Positions 13,255 through 27,600 of a stretch of 64,000 nt of DNA are shown piece after piece (the stretch's first letter is position 1; every line of letters begins with the position of its first letter). The stretch is taken from assembly GCA_964016885.1 (NCBI GenBank), contig OZ024741.1, positions 395,622,001 to 395,686,000 on the forward strand, in the 5' to 3' direction. Origin of the DNA: Eledone cirrhosa (Eukaryota). Position numbers and translations under genes: made by a program. The notes under the pieces are model-generated. The model was not told the DNA's origin, did no database searches, and saw nothing but the letters and a program-made list of their open reading frames with translations.

Positions 13255-16200
13255 TTGTTGTGAGTGTCATACAACTAACTATATTCTCTTGTTGTCAGTG
13301 TCATACAACTAACTCTATTCTCTTGTTGTGAGTGTCATACAACTAACTATATACTCTTGTTGTGAGTGTCATACACCTAAATGTATTCTCTTGTTGTGAG
13401 TGTCATACAACTAACTATATACTCTTGTTATGAGTGTCATACAACTAAATGTATTCTCTTGTTGTGAGTGTCATACAACTAGCTATATTCTCTTGTTGCG
13501 AGTGTCATACAACTAACTATATACTCTTGTTGTGAGTGTCATACAACTAGCTATATGCTCTTGTTGTTAGTGTCATACAACTAACTATATACACTTGTTG
13601 TGAGTGTCATACAACTAACTATATACTCTTGATGTGAGTGTCATACAACTGACTATATACTCTTGTTGTAAGTGTCATACAACTAGCTATATGCTCTTGT
13701 TGCGAGTGTCATACAACAAACTAAATTCTCTTGTTGTGAGTATCATACAACTAACTATATTCTCTTGTTGTGAGTGTCATACAACTAACTATATTCTCTT
13801 GTTGTATGTGTCATACAACTAGCTATATTCTCTTATTGTGAGTGTCATACAACTAACTCTATTCTCTTGTTGTGAGTGTCATACAACTAAGTATATTCTC
13901 TTGTTATCAGTGTCATACAACTAGCTATATTCTCTTGTTGTGAGTGTCATACAACTAACTATATACTCTTGTTGTGATTGTCATACAACTAACAATATTC
14001 TCTTGTTGTGAGTGTCATACAACTAGCTATATTCTCTTGTAGTGAGTGTCCTACAACTAACTATATACTCTTGTTATGAGTGTCATACAACTAGCTATAT
14101 TTTCTTGTTGTGAGTGTCATACAACTAACTATATACTCTTGTTGTGAATGTCATACAACTAACTATATACTCTTGTTGTGAGTGTCATACAACTAACTAT
14201 ATTCTCTTGTTATCAGTGTCATACAACTAGCTATATTCTCTTGTTGTGAGTGTCATACAACTAACTATATACTCTTGTTGTGATTGTCATACAACTAACA
14301 ATATTCTCTTGCTGTGAGTGTCATACAACTAGCTATATTCTCTTGTTGTGAGTGTCCTACAACTAACTATATACTCTTGTTATGAGTGTCATACAACTAG
14401 CTATATTTTCTTGTTGTGAGTGTCATACAACTAACTATATACTCTTGTTGTGAATGTCATACAACTAACTATATACTCTTGTTGTGAATGTCATACAACT
14501 AGCTATATGCTCTTGTTGCCAGTGTCATACAACTAACTATATTCTCTTGTTGTGAGTGTCATACAACTAGCTATATGCTCTTGTCGTGAGTGTCATACAA
14601 CTAACTATATACTCTTGTTGCGAGTGTCATACAACTAACTATATACTCTTGTTGTGAATGTTATACAACTAACTATATACTCTTGTTGTGAGTGTCATAC
14701 AACTAACTATATGCTCTTGTTTCGAGTATCATACAACTAACTATATCCTCTTGTTGTGAGTGTCATACAACTAACTATATACTCTTGTTGCGAGTGTCAT
14801 ACAACTAACTATATACTCTTGTTGTGAATGTCATACAACTAACTATATACTCTTGTTGTGAGTGTCATATAACTAACTATATGCTCTTGTTTCGAGTATC
14901 ATACAACTAACTATATCCTCTTGTTGTGAGTGTCATACAACTAACTATATACTCTTGTTGCGAGTGTCATACAACTAACTATATACTCTTGTTGTGAGTG
15001 TCATACAACTAGCTATATGCTCTTGTTGCGAGTGTCATACAACTAACTATATACTCTTGTTGTGAGTGTCATACAATTAAATATATTCTCTTGTTGTGAG
15101 TGTCATACAACTAGCTATATTCTCTTGTTGTGCGTGTCATACCACTAACTATATTCTCTTGTTGCGAGTGTCATACAACAAGCTATATTCTCTTGTTGTG
15201 AGTGTCATACAACTAACTATATTCTCTTGTTGTGAGTGTAATACAACTAACTATATTCTATTGTTGTGAGTGTCATACAACTAGCTATATTCTCTTGTTG
15301 TGAGTGTCATACAACTCACTCTATTCTCTTGTTGTGAGTGTCATACAACTAACTATATTCTCTTGTTGTGAGTGTCATACAACTAACTATATACTCTTGT
15401 TGTGAGTGTCATACAACTAACTATATACTCTTGTTGTGAGTGTCATACAACTAACTATATTCTCTTGTTGTGAGTGTCATACAACTAACTATATACTCTT
15501 GTTGTGAGTGTCATACAACTAACTATATTCTCTTGTTGTGAGTGTCATACAACTAGCTATATTCTCTTGTTGTGAGTGTCATACCACTAACGATGTTCAC
15601 GTGTTGCGAGTGTGATACAACTAACTATATACTCTTGTTGTGAGTGTCATACAACTAGCTATATGCTCTTGTTGTGAGTGTCATACCACTAACTATATTC
15701 TCTTGTTGTGAGTGTCATAAAACTAACTATATACTCTTGTTGTGAGTGTCATACAACAAGCTATATTCTCTTGTTGTGAGTGTCATACAACTAGCTATAT
15801 TCTCTTGTTGTGAGTGTCATACAACTAGCTATATGCTCTTGTTGTGAATGTCATACAACTAGCTATATTCTCTTGTTGTGAGTGTCATACAACTAACTAT
15901 ATTCTCTTGTTGCGAGTGTCCTACAACTAACTATATGCTCTTGTTGCGAGTATCATACAAGTAAATATATACTCTTGTTGCGAGTGTCATACAACTAACT
16001 ATATACACTTGTTGTAAGTGTCATACAACTAGCTATATGCTCTTGTTGCGAGTGTCATATAACTAACTATATACTCTTGTTGTGAGTGTCATACAACTAA
16101 CTATATTCTCTTGTTGTGTGTGTCATACAACTAACTATATACTCTTGTTGTGAGTGTCTTACAACTAGCTATATATTCTTGTTGCGAGTGTCATACAACT

Positions 16201-19200
16201 AACTATATACTCTTGTTGTGAATGTCATACAACTAACTATATACTCTTGTTGTGAGTGTCATACAACTAACTATATGCTCTTGTTTCGAGTGCCATACAA
16301 CAAGTTATATTCTCTTGTTGTGAGTGTTATACCACTAATTATATTCTTTTGTTGCGAGTGTCATACAACTAACTATATACTCTTGTTATCAGTGTCATAC
16401 AACTAGCTATATTCTCTTGTTGTGAGTGTCATACAACTAACTATATACTCTTGTTGTGATTGTCATACAACTAAAAATATTCTCTTGTTGTGAGTGTCAT
16501 ACAACTAGCTATATTCTCTTGTTGTGAGTGTCCTACAACTAACTATATACTCTTGTTATGAGTGTCATACAACTAGCTATATTTTCTTGTTGTGAGTGTC
16601 ATACAACTAACTATATACTCTTGTTGTGAATGTCATACAACTAGCTGTATGCTCTTGTTGCCAGTGTCATACAACTAACTATATTCTCTTGTTGTGATTG
16701 TCATACAACTAGCTATATGCTCTTGTCGTGAGTGTCATACAACTAACTATATACTCTTGTTGTGAGTGTCATACAACTAGCTATATGCTCTTGTTGCGAG
16801 TGTCATACAACTAAATATATACTCTTGTTGTGAATGTCATACAACTAACTATATACTCTTGTTGTGAGTGTCATACAACTAACTATATGCTCTTGTTTCG
16901 AGTATTATACAACTAACTATATACTCTTGTTGTGAGTGTCATACAACTAAATATATACTCTTGTTGCGAGTGTCATACAACTAACTACATACTCTTGTTG
17001 TGAGTGTCATACAACTAGTTATATGCTCTTGTTGCGAGTGTCATACAACTAACTATATACTCTTGTTGTGAGTGTCATACAACTAACTATATTCTCTTGT
17101 TGTCAGTGTCATACAACTAACTCTATTCTCTTGTTGTGAGTGTCATACAACTAACTATATACTCTTGTTGTGAGTGTCATACACCTAAATGTATTCTCTT
17201 GTTGTGAGTGTCATACAACTAACTATATACTCTTGTTATGAGTGTCATACAACTAAATGTATTCTCTTGTTGTGAGTGTCATACAACTAGCTATATTCTC
17301 TTGTTGCGAGTGTCATACAACTAACTATATACTCTTGTTGTGAGTGTCATACAACTAGCTATATGCTCTTGTTGTTAGTGTCATACAACTAACTATATAC
17401 ACTTGTTGTGAGTGTCATACAACTAACTATATACTCTTGATGTGAGTGTCATACAACTGACTATATACTCTTGTTGTAAGTGTCATACAACTAGCTATAT
17501 GCTCTTGTTGCGAGTGTCATACAACAAACTAAATTCTCTTGTTGTGAGTATCATACAACTAACTATATTCTCTTGTTGTGAGTGTCATACAACTAACTAT
17601 ATTCTCTTGTTGTATGTGTCATACAACTAGCTATATTCTCTTATTGTGAGTGTCATACAACTAACTCTATTCTCTTGTTGTGAGTGTCATACAACTAAGT
17701 ATATTCTCTTGTTATCAGTGTCATACAACTAGCTATATTCTCTTGTTGTGAGTGTCATACAACTAACTATATACTCTTGTTGTGATTGTCATACAACTAA
17801 CAATATTCTCTTGTTGTGAGTGTCATACAACTAGCTATATTCTCTTGTAGTGAGTGTCCTACAACTAACTATATACTCTTGTTATGAGTGTCATACAACT
17901 AGCTATATTTTCTTGTTGTGAGTGTCATACAACTAACTATATACTCTTGTTGTGAATGTCATACAACTAACTATATACTCTTGTTGTGAGTGTCATACAA
18001 CTAACTATATTCTCTTGTTATCAGTGTCATACAACTAGCTATATTCTCTTGTTGTGAGTGTCATACAACTAACTATATACTCTTGTTGTGATTGTCATAC
18101 AACTAACAATATTCTCTTGCTGTGAGTGTCATACAACTAGCTATATTCTCTTGTTGTGAGTGTCCTACAACTAACTATATACTCTTGTTATGAGTGTCAT
18201 ACAACTAGCTATATTTTCTTGTTGTGAGTGTCATACAACTAACTAGATACTCTTGTTGTGAATGTCATACAACTAACTATATACTCTTGTTGTGAATGTC
18301 ATACAACTAGCTATATGCTCTTGTTGCCAGTGTCATACAACTAACTATATTCTCTTGTTGTGAGTGTCATACAACTAGCTATATGCTCTTGTCGTGAGTG
18401 TCATACAACTAACTATATACTCTTGTTGCGAGTGTCATACAACTAACTATATACTCTTGTTGTGAATGTTATACAACTAACTATATACTCTTGTTGTAAG
18501 TGTCATATAACTAACTATATGCTCTTGTTTCGAGTATCATACAACTAACTATATCCTCTTGTTGTGAGTGTCATACAACTAACTATATACTCTTGTTGCG
18601 AGTGTCTTACAACTAACTATATACTCTTGTTGTGAGTGTCATACAACTAGCTATATGCTCTTGTTGCGAGTGTCATACAACTAACTATATACTCTTGTTG
18701 TGAATGTCATACAACTAACTATATACTCTTGTTGTGAGTGTCATATAACTAACTATATGCTCTTGTTTCGAGTATCATACAACTAACTATATCCTCTTGT
18801 TGTGAGTGTCATACAACTAACTATATACTCTTGTTGCGAGTGTCATACAACTAACTATATACTCTTGTTGTGAGTGTCATACAACTAGCTATATGCTCTT
18901 GTTGCGAGTGTCATACAACTAACTATATACTCTTGTTGTGAGTGTCATACAATTAAATATATTCTCTTGTTGTGAGTGTCATACAACTAGCTATATTCTC
19001 TTGTTGTGCGTGTCATACCACTAACTATATTCTCTTGTTGCGAGTGTCATACAACAAGCTATATTCTCTTGTTGTGAGTGTCATACAACTAACTATATTC
19101 TCTTGTTGTGAGTGTAATACAACTAACTATATTCTATTGTTGTGAGTGTCATACAACTAGCTATATTCTCTTGTTGTGAGTGTCATACAACTCACTCTAT

Positions 19201-21040
19201 TCTCTTGTTGTGAGTGTCATACAACTAACTATATTCTCTTGTTGTGAGTGTCATACAACTAACTATATACTCTTGTTGTGAGTGTCATACAACTAACTAT
19301 ATACTCTTGTTGTGAGTGTCATACAACTAACTATATTCTCTTGTTGTGAGTGTCATACAACTAACTATATACTCTTGTTGTGAGTGTCATACAACTAACT
19401 ATATTCTCTTGTTGTGAGTGTCATACAACTAGCTATATTCTCTTGTTGTGAGTGTCATACCACTAACGATGTTCACGTGTTGCGAGTGTGATACAACTAA
19501 CTATATACTCTTGTTGTGAGTGTCATACAACTAGCTATATGCTCTTGTTGTGAGTGTCATACCACTAACTATATTCTCTTGTTGTGAGTGTCATACAACT
19601 AACTATATACTCTTGTTGTGAGTGTCATACAACAAGCTATATTCTCTTGTTGTGAGTGTCATACAACTAGCTATATTCTCTTGTTGTGAGTGTCATACAA
19701 CTAGATATATGCTCTTGTTGTGAATGTCATACAACTAGCTATATTCTCTTGTTGTGAGTGTCATACAACTCACTCTATTCTCTTGTTGTGAGTGTCATAC
19801 AACTAACTATATTCTCTTGTTGCGAGTGTCCTACAACTAACTATATGCTCTTGTTGCGAGTATCATACAAGTAAATATATACTCTTGTTGCGAGTGTCAT
19901 ACAACTAACTATATACACTTGTTGTAAGTGTCATACAACTAGCTATATGCTCTTGTTGCGAGTGTCATATAACTAACTATATACTCTTGTTGTGAGTGTC
20001 ATACAACTAACTATATTCTCTTGTTGTGTGTGTCATACAACTAACTATATACTCTTGTTGTGAGTGTCTTACAACTAGCTATATACTCTTGTTGCGAGTG
20101 TCATACAACTAACTATATACTCTTGTTGTGAATGTCATACAACTAACTATATACTCTTGTTGTGAGTGTCTTACAACTAACTATATGCTCTTGTTTCGAG
20201 TGTCATACAACAAGCTATATTCTCTTGTTATCAGTGTCATACAACTTACTACATACTCTTGTTGTGAGTGTCATACAACTAACTATATACTCTTGTTGTG
20301 ATTGTCATACAACTAAAAATATTCTCTTGTTGTGAATGTCATACAACTAACTATATACTCTTGTTGTGAGTGTTATACCACTAATTATATTCTTTTGTTG
20401 CGAGTGTCATACAACTAACTATATACTCTTGTTATCAGTGTCATACAACTAGCTATATTCTCTTGTTGTGAGTGTCATACAACTAACTATATACTCTTGT
20501 TGTGATTGTCATACAACTAAAAATATTCTCTTGTTGTGAGTGTCATACAACTAGCTATATTCTCTTGTTGTGAGTGTCCTACAACTAACTATATACTCTT
20601 GTTATGAGTGTCATACAACTAGCTATATTTTCTTGTTGTGAGTGTCATACAACTAACTATATACTCTTGTTGTGAATGTCATACAACTAGCTGTATGCTC
20701 TTGTTGCCAGTGTCATACAACTAACTATATTCTCTTGTTGTGATTGTCATACAACTAGCTATATGCTCTTGTCGTGAGTGTCATACAACTAACTATATAC
20801 TCTTGTTGTGAGTGTCATACAACTAGCTATATGCTCTTGTTGCGAGTGTCATACAACTAAATATATACTCTTGTTGTGAATGTCATACAACTAAATATAT
20901 ACTCTTGTTGTGAGTGTCATACAACTAACTATATACTCTTGTTGTGAGTGTCATACAACTAACTATATACTCTTGTTGTGAGTGTCATACAACTAACTAT
21001 ATGCTCTTGTTTCGAGTATCATACAACTAACTATATACTC
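13255..21040. repeat. Tandem duplication of a ~3.8 kb (about 112-monomer) unit
   Basis: Offset 3808 = 112x34 for GTTGTCAG 13291/17099, ATACACCTAAATG 13371/17179 and identical ORFs 13634/17442. Offset rises to 3876 = 114x34 at CGATGTTCACGTG 15591/19467. Confidence 0.9.
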
Positions 21041-23600
21041 TTGTTGTGAGTGTCATACAACTAACTATATTCTCTTGTTGTGAGTGTCATACCACTAACT
21101 ATATTCTCTTGTTGCGAGTGTCACACAACAAGCTATATTCTCTTGTTGTGAGTGTCATACAACTAACTATATTCTCTTGTTGTGAGTGTCATACAACTAA
21201 CTATATTCTCTTGTTGTGAGTGTCATACGACTAGCTATATTCTCTTGTTGTGAGTGTCATACAACTAACTATATTCTCTTGTTGTGAGTGTCATACAACT
21301 AACTATATTCTCTTGTTATCAGTGTCATACAACTTACTACATACTCTTGTTGTGAGTGTCATACAACTAGCTATATGCTCTTGTTGCGAGTGTCATACAA
21401 CTAACTATATACTCTTGTTGTGTGTGTCATACAACTAACTATATTCTCTTGTTGTGAGTGTCATACAACTAGCTATATTCTCTTGTTGTGAGTGTCATAC
21501 CACTAACTATATTCTCTTGTTGCGAGTGTCATACAACTAACTATATACTCTTGTTGTGAGTGTTATACAACTAACTATATTCTCTTGTTGTGAGTGTCAT
21601 ACCACTAAGTATATTCTCTTGTTGCGAGTGTCATACAACTAACTATATTCTCTTGTTGTGAGTGTCATACAACGAGCTATAGTCTCTTGTCGTGAGTGTC
21701 ATACAACTAACTATATACTCTTGTTGTGAGTGTCATACAACTAGCTATATTCTCTTGTTGCGAGTGTCATACAACTAACTATATACTCTTGTTGTGAGTG
21801 TTATACAACTAACTATATTCTCTTGTTGTGAGTGTCATACCACTAAGTATATTCTCTTGTTGCGAGTGTCATACAACTAACTATATTCTCTTGTTGTGAG
21901 TGTCATACAACGAGCTATAGTCTCTTGTCGTGAGTGTCATACAACTAACTATATACTCTTGTTGTGAGTGTCATACAACTAACTATATTCTCTTGTTGTG
22001 AGTGTCATACCACTAAGTATATTCTCTTGTTGCGAGTGTCATACAACTAACTATATTCTCTTGTTGTGAGTGTCATACAACGAGCTATAGTCTCTTGTCG
22101 TGAGTGTCATACAACTAACTATATACACTTGTTGTAAGTGTCATACAACTAGCTATATGCTCTTGTTGCGAGTGTCATACAACTTACTACATACTCTTGT
22201 TGTGAGTGTCATACAACTAACTATATACTCTTGTTGTGATTGTCATACAACTAAAAATATTCTCTTGTTGTGAATGTCATACAACTAACTATATACTCTT
22301 GTTGTGAGTGTTATACCACTAATTATATTCTTTTGTTGCGAGTGTCATACAACTAACTATATACTCTTGTTATCAGTGTCATACAACTAGCTATATTCTC
22401 TTGTTGTGAGTGTCATACAACTAACTATATACTCTTGTTGTGATTGTCATACAACTAAAAATATTCTCTTGTTGTGAGTGTCATACAACTAGCTATATTC
22501 TCTTGTTGTGAGTGTCCTACAACTAACTATATACTCTTGTTATGAGTGTCATACAACTAGCTATATTTTCTTGTTGTGAGTGTCATACAACTAACTATAT
22601 ACTCTTGTTGTGAATGTCATACAACTAGCTGTATGCTCTTGTTGCCAGTGTCATACAACTAACTATATTCTCTTGTTGTGATTGTCATACAACTAGCTAT
22701 ATGCTCTTGTCGTGAGTGTCATACAACTAACTATATACTCTTGTTGTGAGTGTCATACAACTAGCTATATGCTCTTGTTGCGAGTGTCATACAAATAAAT
22801 ATATACTCTTGTTGTGAATGTCATACAACTAACTATATACTCTTGTTGTGAGTGTCATACAACTAACTATATGCTCTTGTTTCGAGTATCATACAACTAA
22901 CTATATACTCTTGTTGTGAGTGTCATACAACTAACTATATTCTCTTGTTGTGAGTGTCATACCACTAACTATATTCTCTTGTTGCGAGTGTCACACAACA
23001 AGCTATATTCTCTTGTTGTGAGTGTCATACAACTAACTATATTCTCTTGTTGTGAGTGTCATACAACTAACTATATTCTCTTGTTGTGAGTGTCATACGA
23101 CTAGCTATATTCTCTTGTTGTGAGTGTCATACAACTAACTATATTCTCTTGTTGTGAGTGTCATACAACTAACTATATTCTCTTGTTATCAGTGTCATAC
23201 AACTTACTACATACTCTTGTTGTGAGTGTCATACAACTAGCTATATGCTCTTGTTGCGAGTGTCATACAACTAACTATATACTCTTGTTGTGTGTGTCAT
23301 ACAACTAACTATATTCTCTTGTTGTGAGTGTCATACAACTAGCTATATTCTCTTGTTGTGAGTGTCATACCACTAACTATATTCTCTTGTTGCGAGTGTC
23401 ATACAACTAACTATATACTCTTGTTGTGAGTGTTATACAACTAACTATATTCTCTTGTTGTGAGGGTCATACCACTAAGTATATTCTCTTGTTGCGAGTG
23501 TCATACAACTAACTATATTCTCTTGTTGTGAGTGTCATACAACGAGCTATAGTCTCTTGTCGTGAGTGTCATACAACTAACTATATACTCTTGTTGTGAG
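20240..23600. repeat. Duplication with ~1.9 kb period (55-57 monomers)
   Basis: TTATACCACTAATT at 20373/22311 (1938 = 57x34); TCACACAACA at 21121/22991 and identical ORFs 21250/23120 (1870 = 55x34). Confidence 0.85.
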
Positions 23601-24669
23601 TGTCATACAACTAGCTATATTCTCTTGTTGTGAGTGTCATACCACTAACTATATTCTCTTGTTGTGAATGTCATACAACAAGCTATATTCTCTTGTTGTG
23701 AGTGTCATACAACTAGCTATATTCTCTTGTTGTGAGTGTCATACAACTAGCTATATTCTCTTGTTGTGAGTGTCATACAACTAACTATATTATCTTGTTG
23801 TGAGTGTCATACAACTAACTATATGCTCTTGTTGTGAGTGTCATACAACTAACTATATTCTCTTGTTGTGTGTGACATACAACTAACTATATTCTCTTGT
23901 TGTGAGTGTCATACAACTAGCTATATTCTCTTGTTTTGAGTGTCATACAACTAACTATATGCTCTTGTTGTGAGTGTCATACAACTAACTATATACACTT
24001 GTTGTGAGTGTCATACAACTAGCTATATGCTCTTGTTGCGAGTGTCATACAACTAACTATATTCTCTTGTTGTGAGTGTCATACAACTAACTATGTGCTC
24101 TTGTTGTGAGTGTCATACAACTAACTATATACTCTTGTTATGAGTGTCATACAAATAGCTATATGCTCTTGTTGTGAGTGTCAAACAACTAACTATATAC
24201 TCTTGTTGTGAGTGTATACAACTTGCTATATGCTCTTGTTGCGAGTGTCATACAACTAACTATATACTCTTGTTGTGAGTGTCATACAACTAACTATATT
24301 CTCTTGTTGTGAGTGTCATACAACTAGCTATATTCTCTTGTTGTGAATGTCATACCACTAACTATATTCTCTTGTTGCGAGTGTCATACAACTAACTATA
24401 TACTCTTGTTGTAAGTGTCATACAACTAACTACATTCTCTTGTTGTGAGTGTCATACCACTAACTATATTCTCTTGTTGCGAGTGTAATACAACAAGCTA
24501 TATTCTCTTGTTGTGAGTGTCATACAACTAACTATATTCTCTTGTTGTGAGTGTCATACAACTAACTATATTCACTTGTTGTGAGTGTCATACGACTAGC
24601 TATATTCTCTTGTTGTGAGTGTCATACAACTAACTATATTCTCTTGTTGTGAGTGTCATACAACTAACT

Positions 24670-27600
24670 ATATTCTCTTGTTATCAGTGTCATACAACTA
24701 ACTACATACTCTTGTTGTGAGTGTCATACAACTAGCTATATGCTCTTGTTGCGAGTGTCATACAACTAACTATATACTCTTGTTGTGAGTGTCATACAAC
24801 TAACTATATTCTCTTGTTGTGAGTGTCATACAACTAGCTATATTCTCTTGTTGTGAGTGTCATACCACTAACTATATTCTCTTGTTGCGAGTGTCATACA
24901 ACTAACTATATACTCTTGTTGTGAGTGTCATACAACTAACTATATTCTCTTGATGTGAGTGTTATCCAACTAACTATATTCTCTTGTTGTGAGTGTCATA
25001 CCACTAAGTATATTCTCTTGTTGCGAGTGTCATACAACTAACTATATTCTCTTGTTGTGAGTGTCATACAACTAACTCTATTCTCTTGTTGTGAGTGTCA
25101 TACAACTAACTGTATTCTCTTGTTATCAGTGTCATACAACTAATTATATACTCTTGTTGTGAGTGTCATACAACTAACTATATACTCTTGTTGTGAGTGT
25201 CATACAACTAGCTATATTCTCTTGTTGTGAGTGTCATACAACTAACTATATTCTCTTGTTGTGAGTGTCATACAACTAGCTATATTCTCTTGTTGTGAGT
25301 GTCATACAACTAACTATATTCTCTTTTTGTGAGTGTCATACAACTAACTATACTCTCTTGTTGTGAGTGTCATACAACTAACTATATGCTCTTGTTGTGA
25401 GTGTCATACAACTAACTTTATTCGCTTGTGAGTGTCATACAACTAACTATATACTCTTGTGGTGAGTGTCATACGACAAGCTATATTCTCTTGTTGTGAG
25501 TGTCATACAACTAACTATATTCTCTTTTTGTGAGTGTCATACGACTAACTATATTCCCTTGTTGTGAGTGTCATACAACTAACTATATGCTCTTGTTGTG
25601 AGTGTCATACAACTAATTTTATTCGCTTGTGAGTGTCATACAACTAACTATATACTCTTGTGGTGAGTGTCATACAACAAGCTATATTCTCTTGTTGTGA
25701 GTGTCATACAACGAACTATAGTCTCTTGTCGTGAGTGTCATACAACTAGCTATATGCTCTTGTTGTGAATGTCATACAACAAGCTATATTCTCTTGTTGT
25801 GAGTGTCATACAACTAGCTATATTCTCTTGTTATGAGTGTCATACAACTAGCTATATTCTCTTGTTGTGAGTCTCATACAACTAGCTATATGCTCTTGTT
25901 GCGAGTGTCATACAATTAAATATATTCTCTTGTTGTGAGTGTCATACAACTAGCTATATATTCTCTTGTTGTGAGTGTCATACAACTAGCTATATACTCT
26001 TCTTGTGAGTGTCATACAACTAGCTATATTCTCTTGTTGTGAGTGTCATACAACTAACTATATGCTCTTGTTGTGAGTGTCATACAACTAACTATATACT
26101 CTTGTTGTGAGTGTCATACAACTAGCTATATGCCCGTGTTGCGATTGTCATACAACTAACTATATTCTCTTGTTGTGAGTGACATACAACTAGCTATATG
26201 CTCTTGTTGTGAGTGTCATACAACTAACTATATACTCTTGTTATGACTGTCATACAACTAGCTATATTCTCTTGTTGTGAGTGTCATACAACTAACTATA
26301 TACTCTTGTTGTGAGTGTCATACAACTAACTATATACTCTTGTTGTGAGTGTCATACAACTAACTATAAGCTCTTGTTGCGAGTATCATACAACTAAGTA
26401 TATACTCTTGTTTTGAGTGTCATACAACTAACTATATACTCTTGTTGCGAGTGTCATACAACTAACTATATACTCTTGTTGTGAATGTCATACAACTAGC
26501 TATATGCTCTTGTTGCGAGTGTCATACAACTAACTATATACTCTTGTTGTGAGTGTCATACAACTAGCTATATTCTCTTGTTGTGAGTGTCATACCACTA
26601 ACTATATTCTCTTGTTGCGAGTGTCTTACAACTAACTATATACTCTTGTTGTAAGTGTCATACAACTAACTATATTCTCTTGTTGTGAGTGTCATACCAC
26701 TAACTATATTCTCTTGTTGCGAGTGTCATACAACAAGCTATATTCTCTTGTTATGAGTGTCATACAACTAACTATATTCTCTTGTTGTGAGTGTCATACA
26801 ACTAACTATATTCTCTTGTTGTGAGTGTCATACGACTAGCTATATTCTCTTGTTGTCAGTGTCATACAACTAACTATATTCTCTTGTTATCAGTGTCATA
26901 CAACTAACTACATACTCTTGTTGTGAGTGTCATACATCTAGCTATATGCTCTTGTTGCGAGTGTCATACAACTAACTATATACTCTTGTTGTGAGTGTCA
27001 TACAACTAACTATATTCTCTTGTTGTGAGTGTCATACAACTAGCTATATTCTCTTGTTGTGAGTGTCATACCACTAACTATATTCTCTTGTTGCGAGTGT
27101 CATACAACTAACTATATACTCTTGTTGTGAGTGTTATACAACTAACTATATTCTCTTGTTGTGAGTGTCATACCACTAAGTATATTCTCTTGTTGTGAGT
27201 GTCATACAACTAACTTTATTCGCTTGTGAGTGTCATACAACTAACTATATACTCTTGTGGTGAGTGTCATACAACAAGCTATATTCTCTTGTTGTGAGTG
27301 TCATACAACGAGCTATAGTCTCTTGTCGTGATTGTCATACAACTAGCTATATGCTCTTGTTGTGAATGTCATACAACAAGCTATATTCTCTTGTTGTGAG
27401 TGTCATACAACTAGCTATATTCTCTTGTTGTGAGTGTCATACAACTAGCTATATTCTCTTGTTGTGAGTGTCATACAACTAACTATATTCTCTTGTTGTG
27501 AGTGTCATACAACTAACTATATATTCTTGTTGTGAGTGTCATACAACTAACTATATTCTCTTGTTGTGTGCGACATACAACTAACTATATTCTCTTGTTG

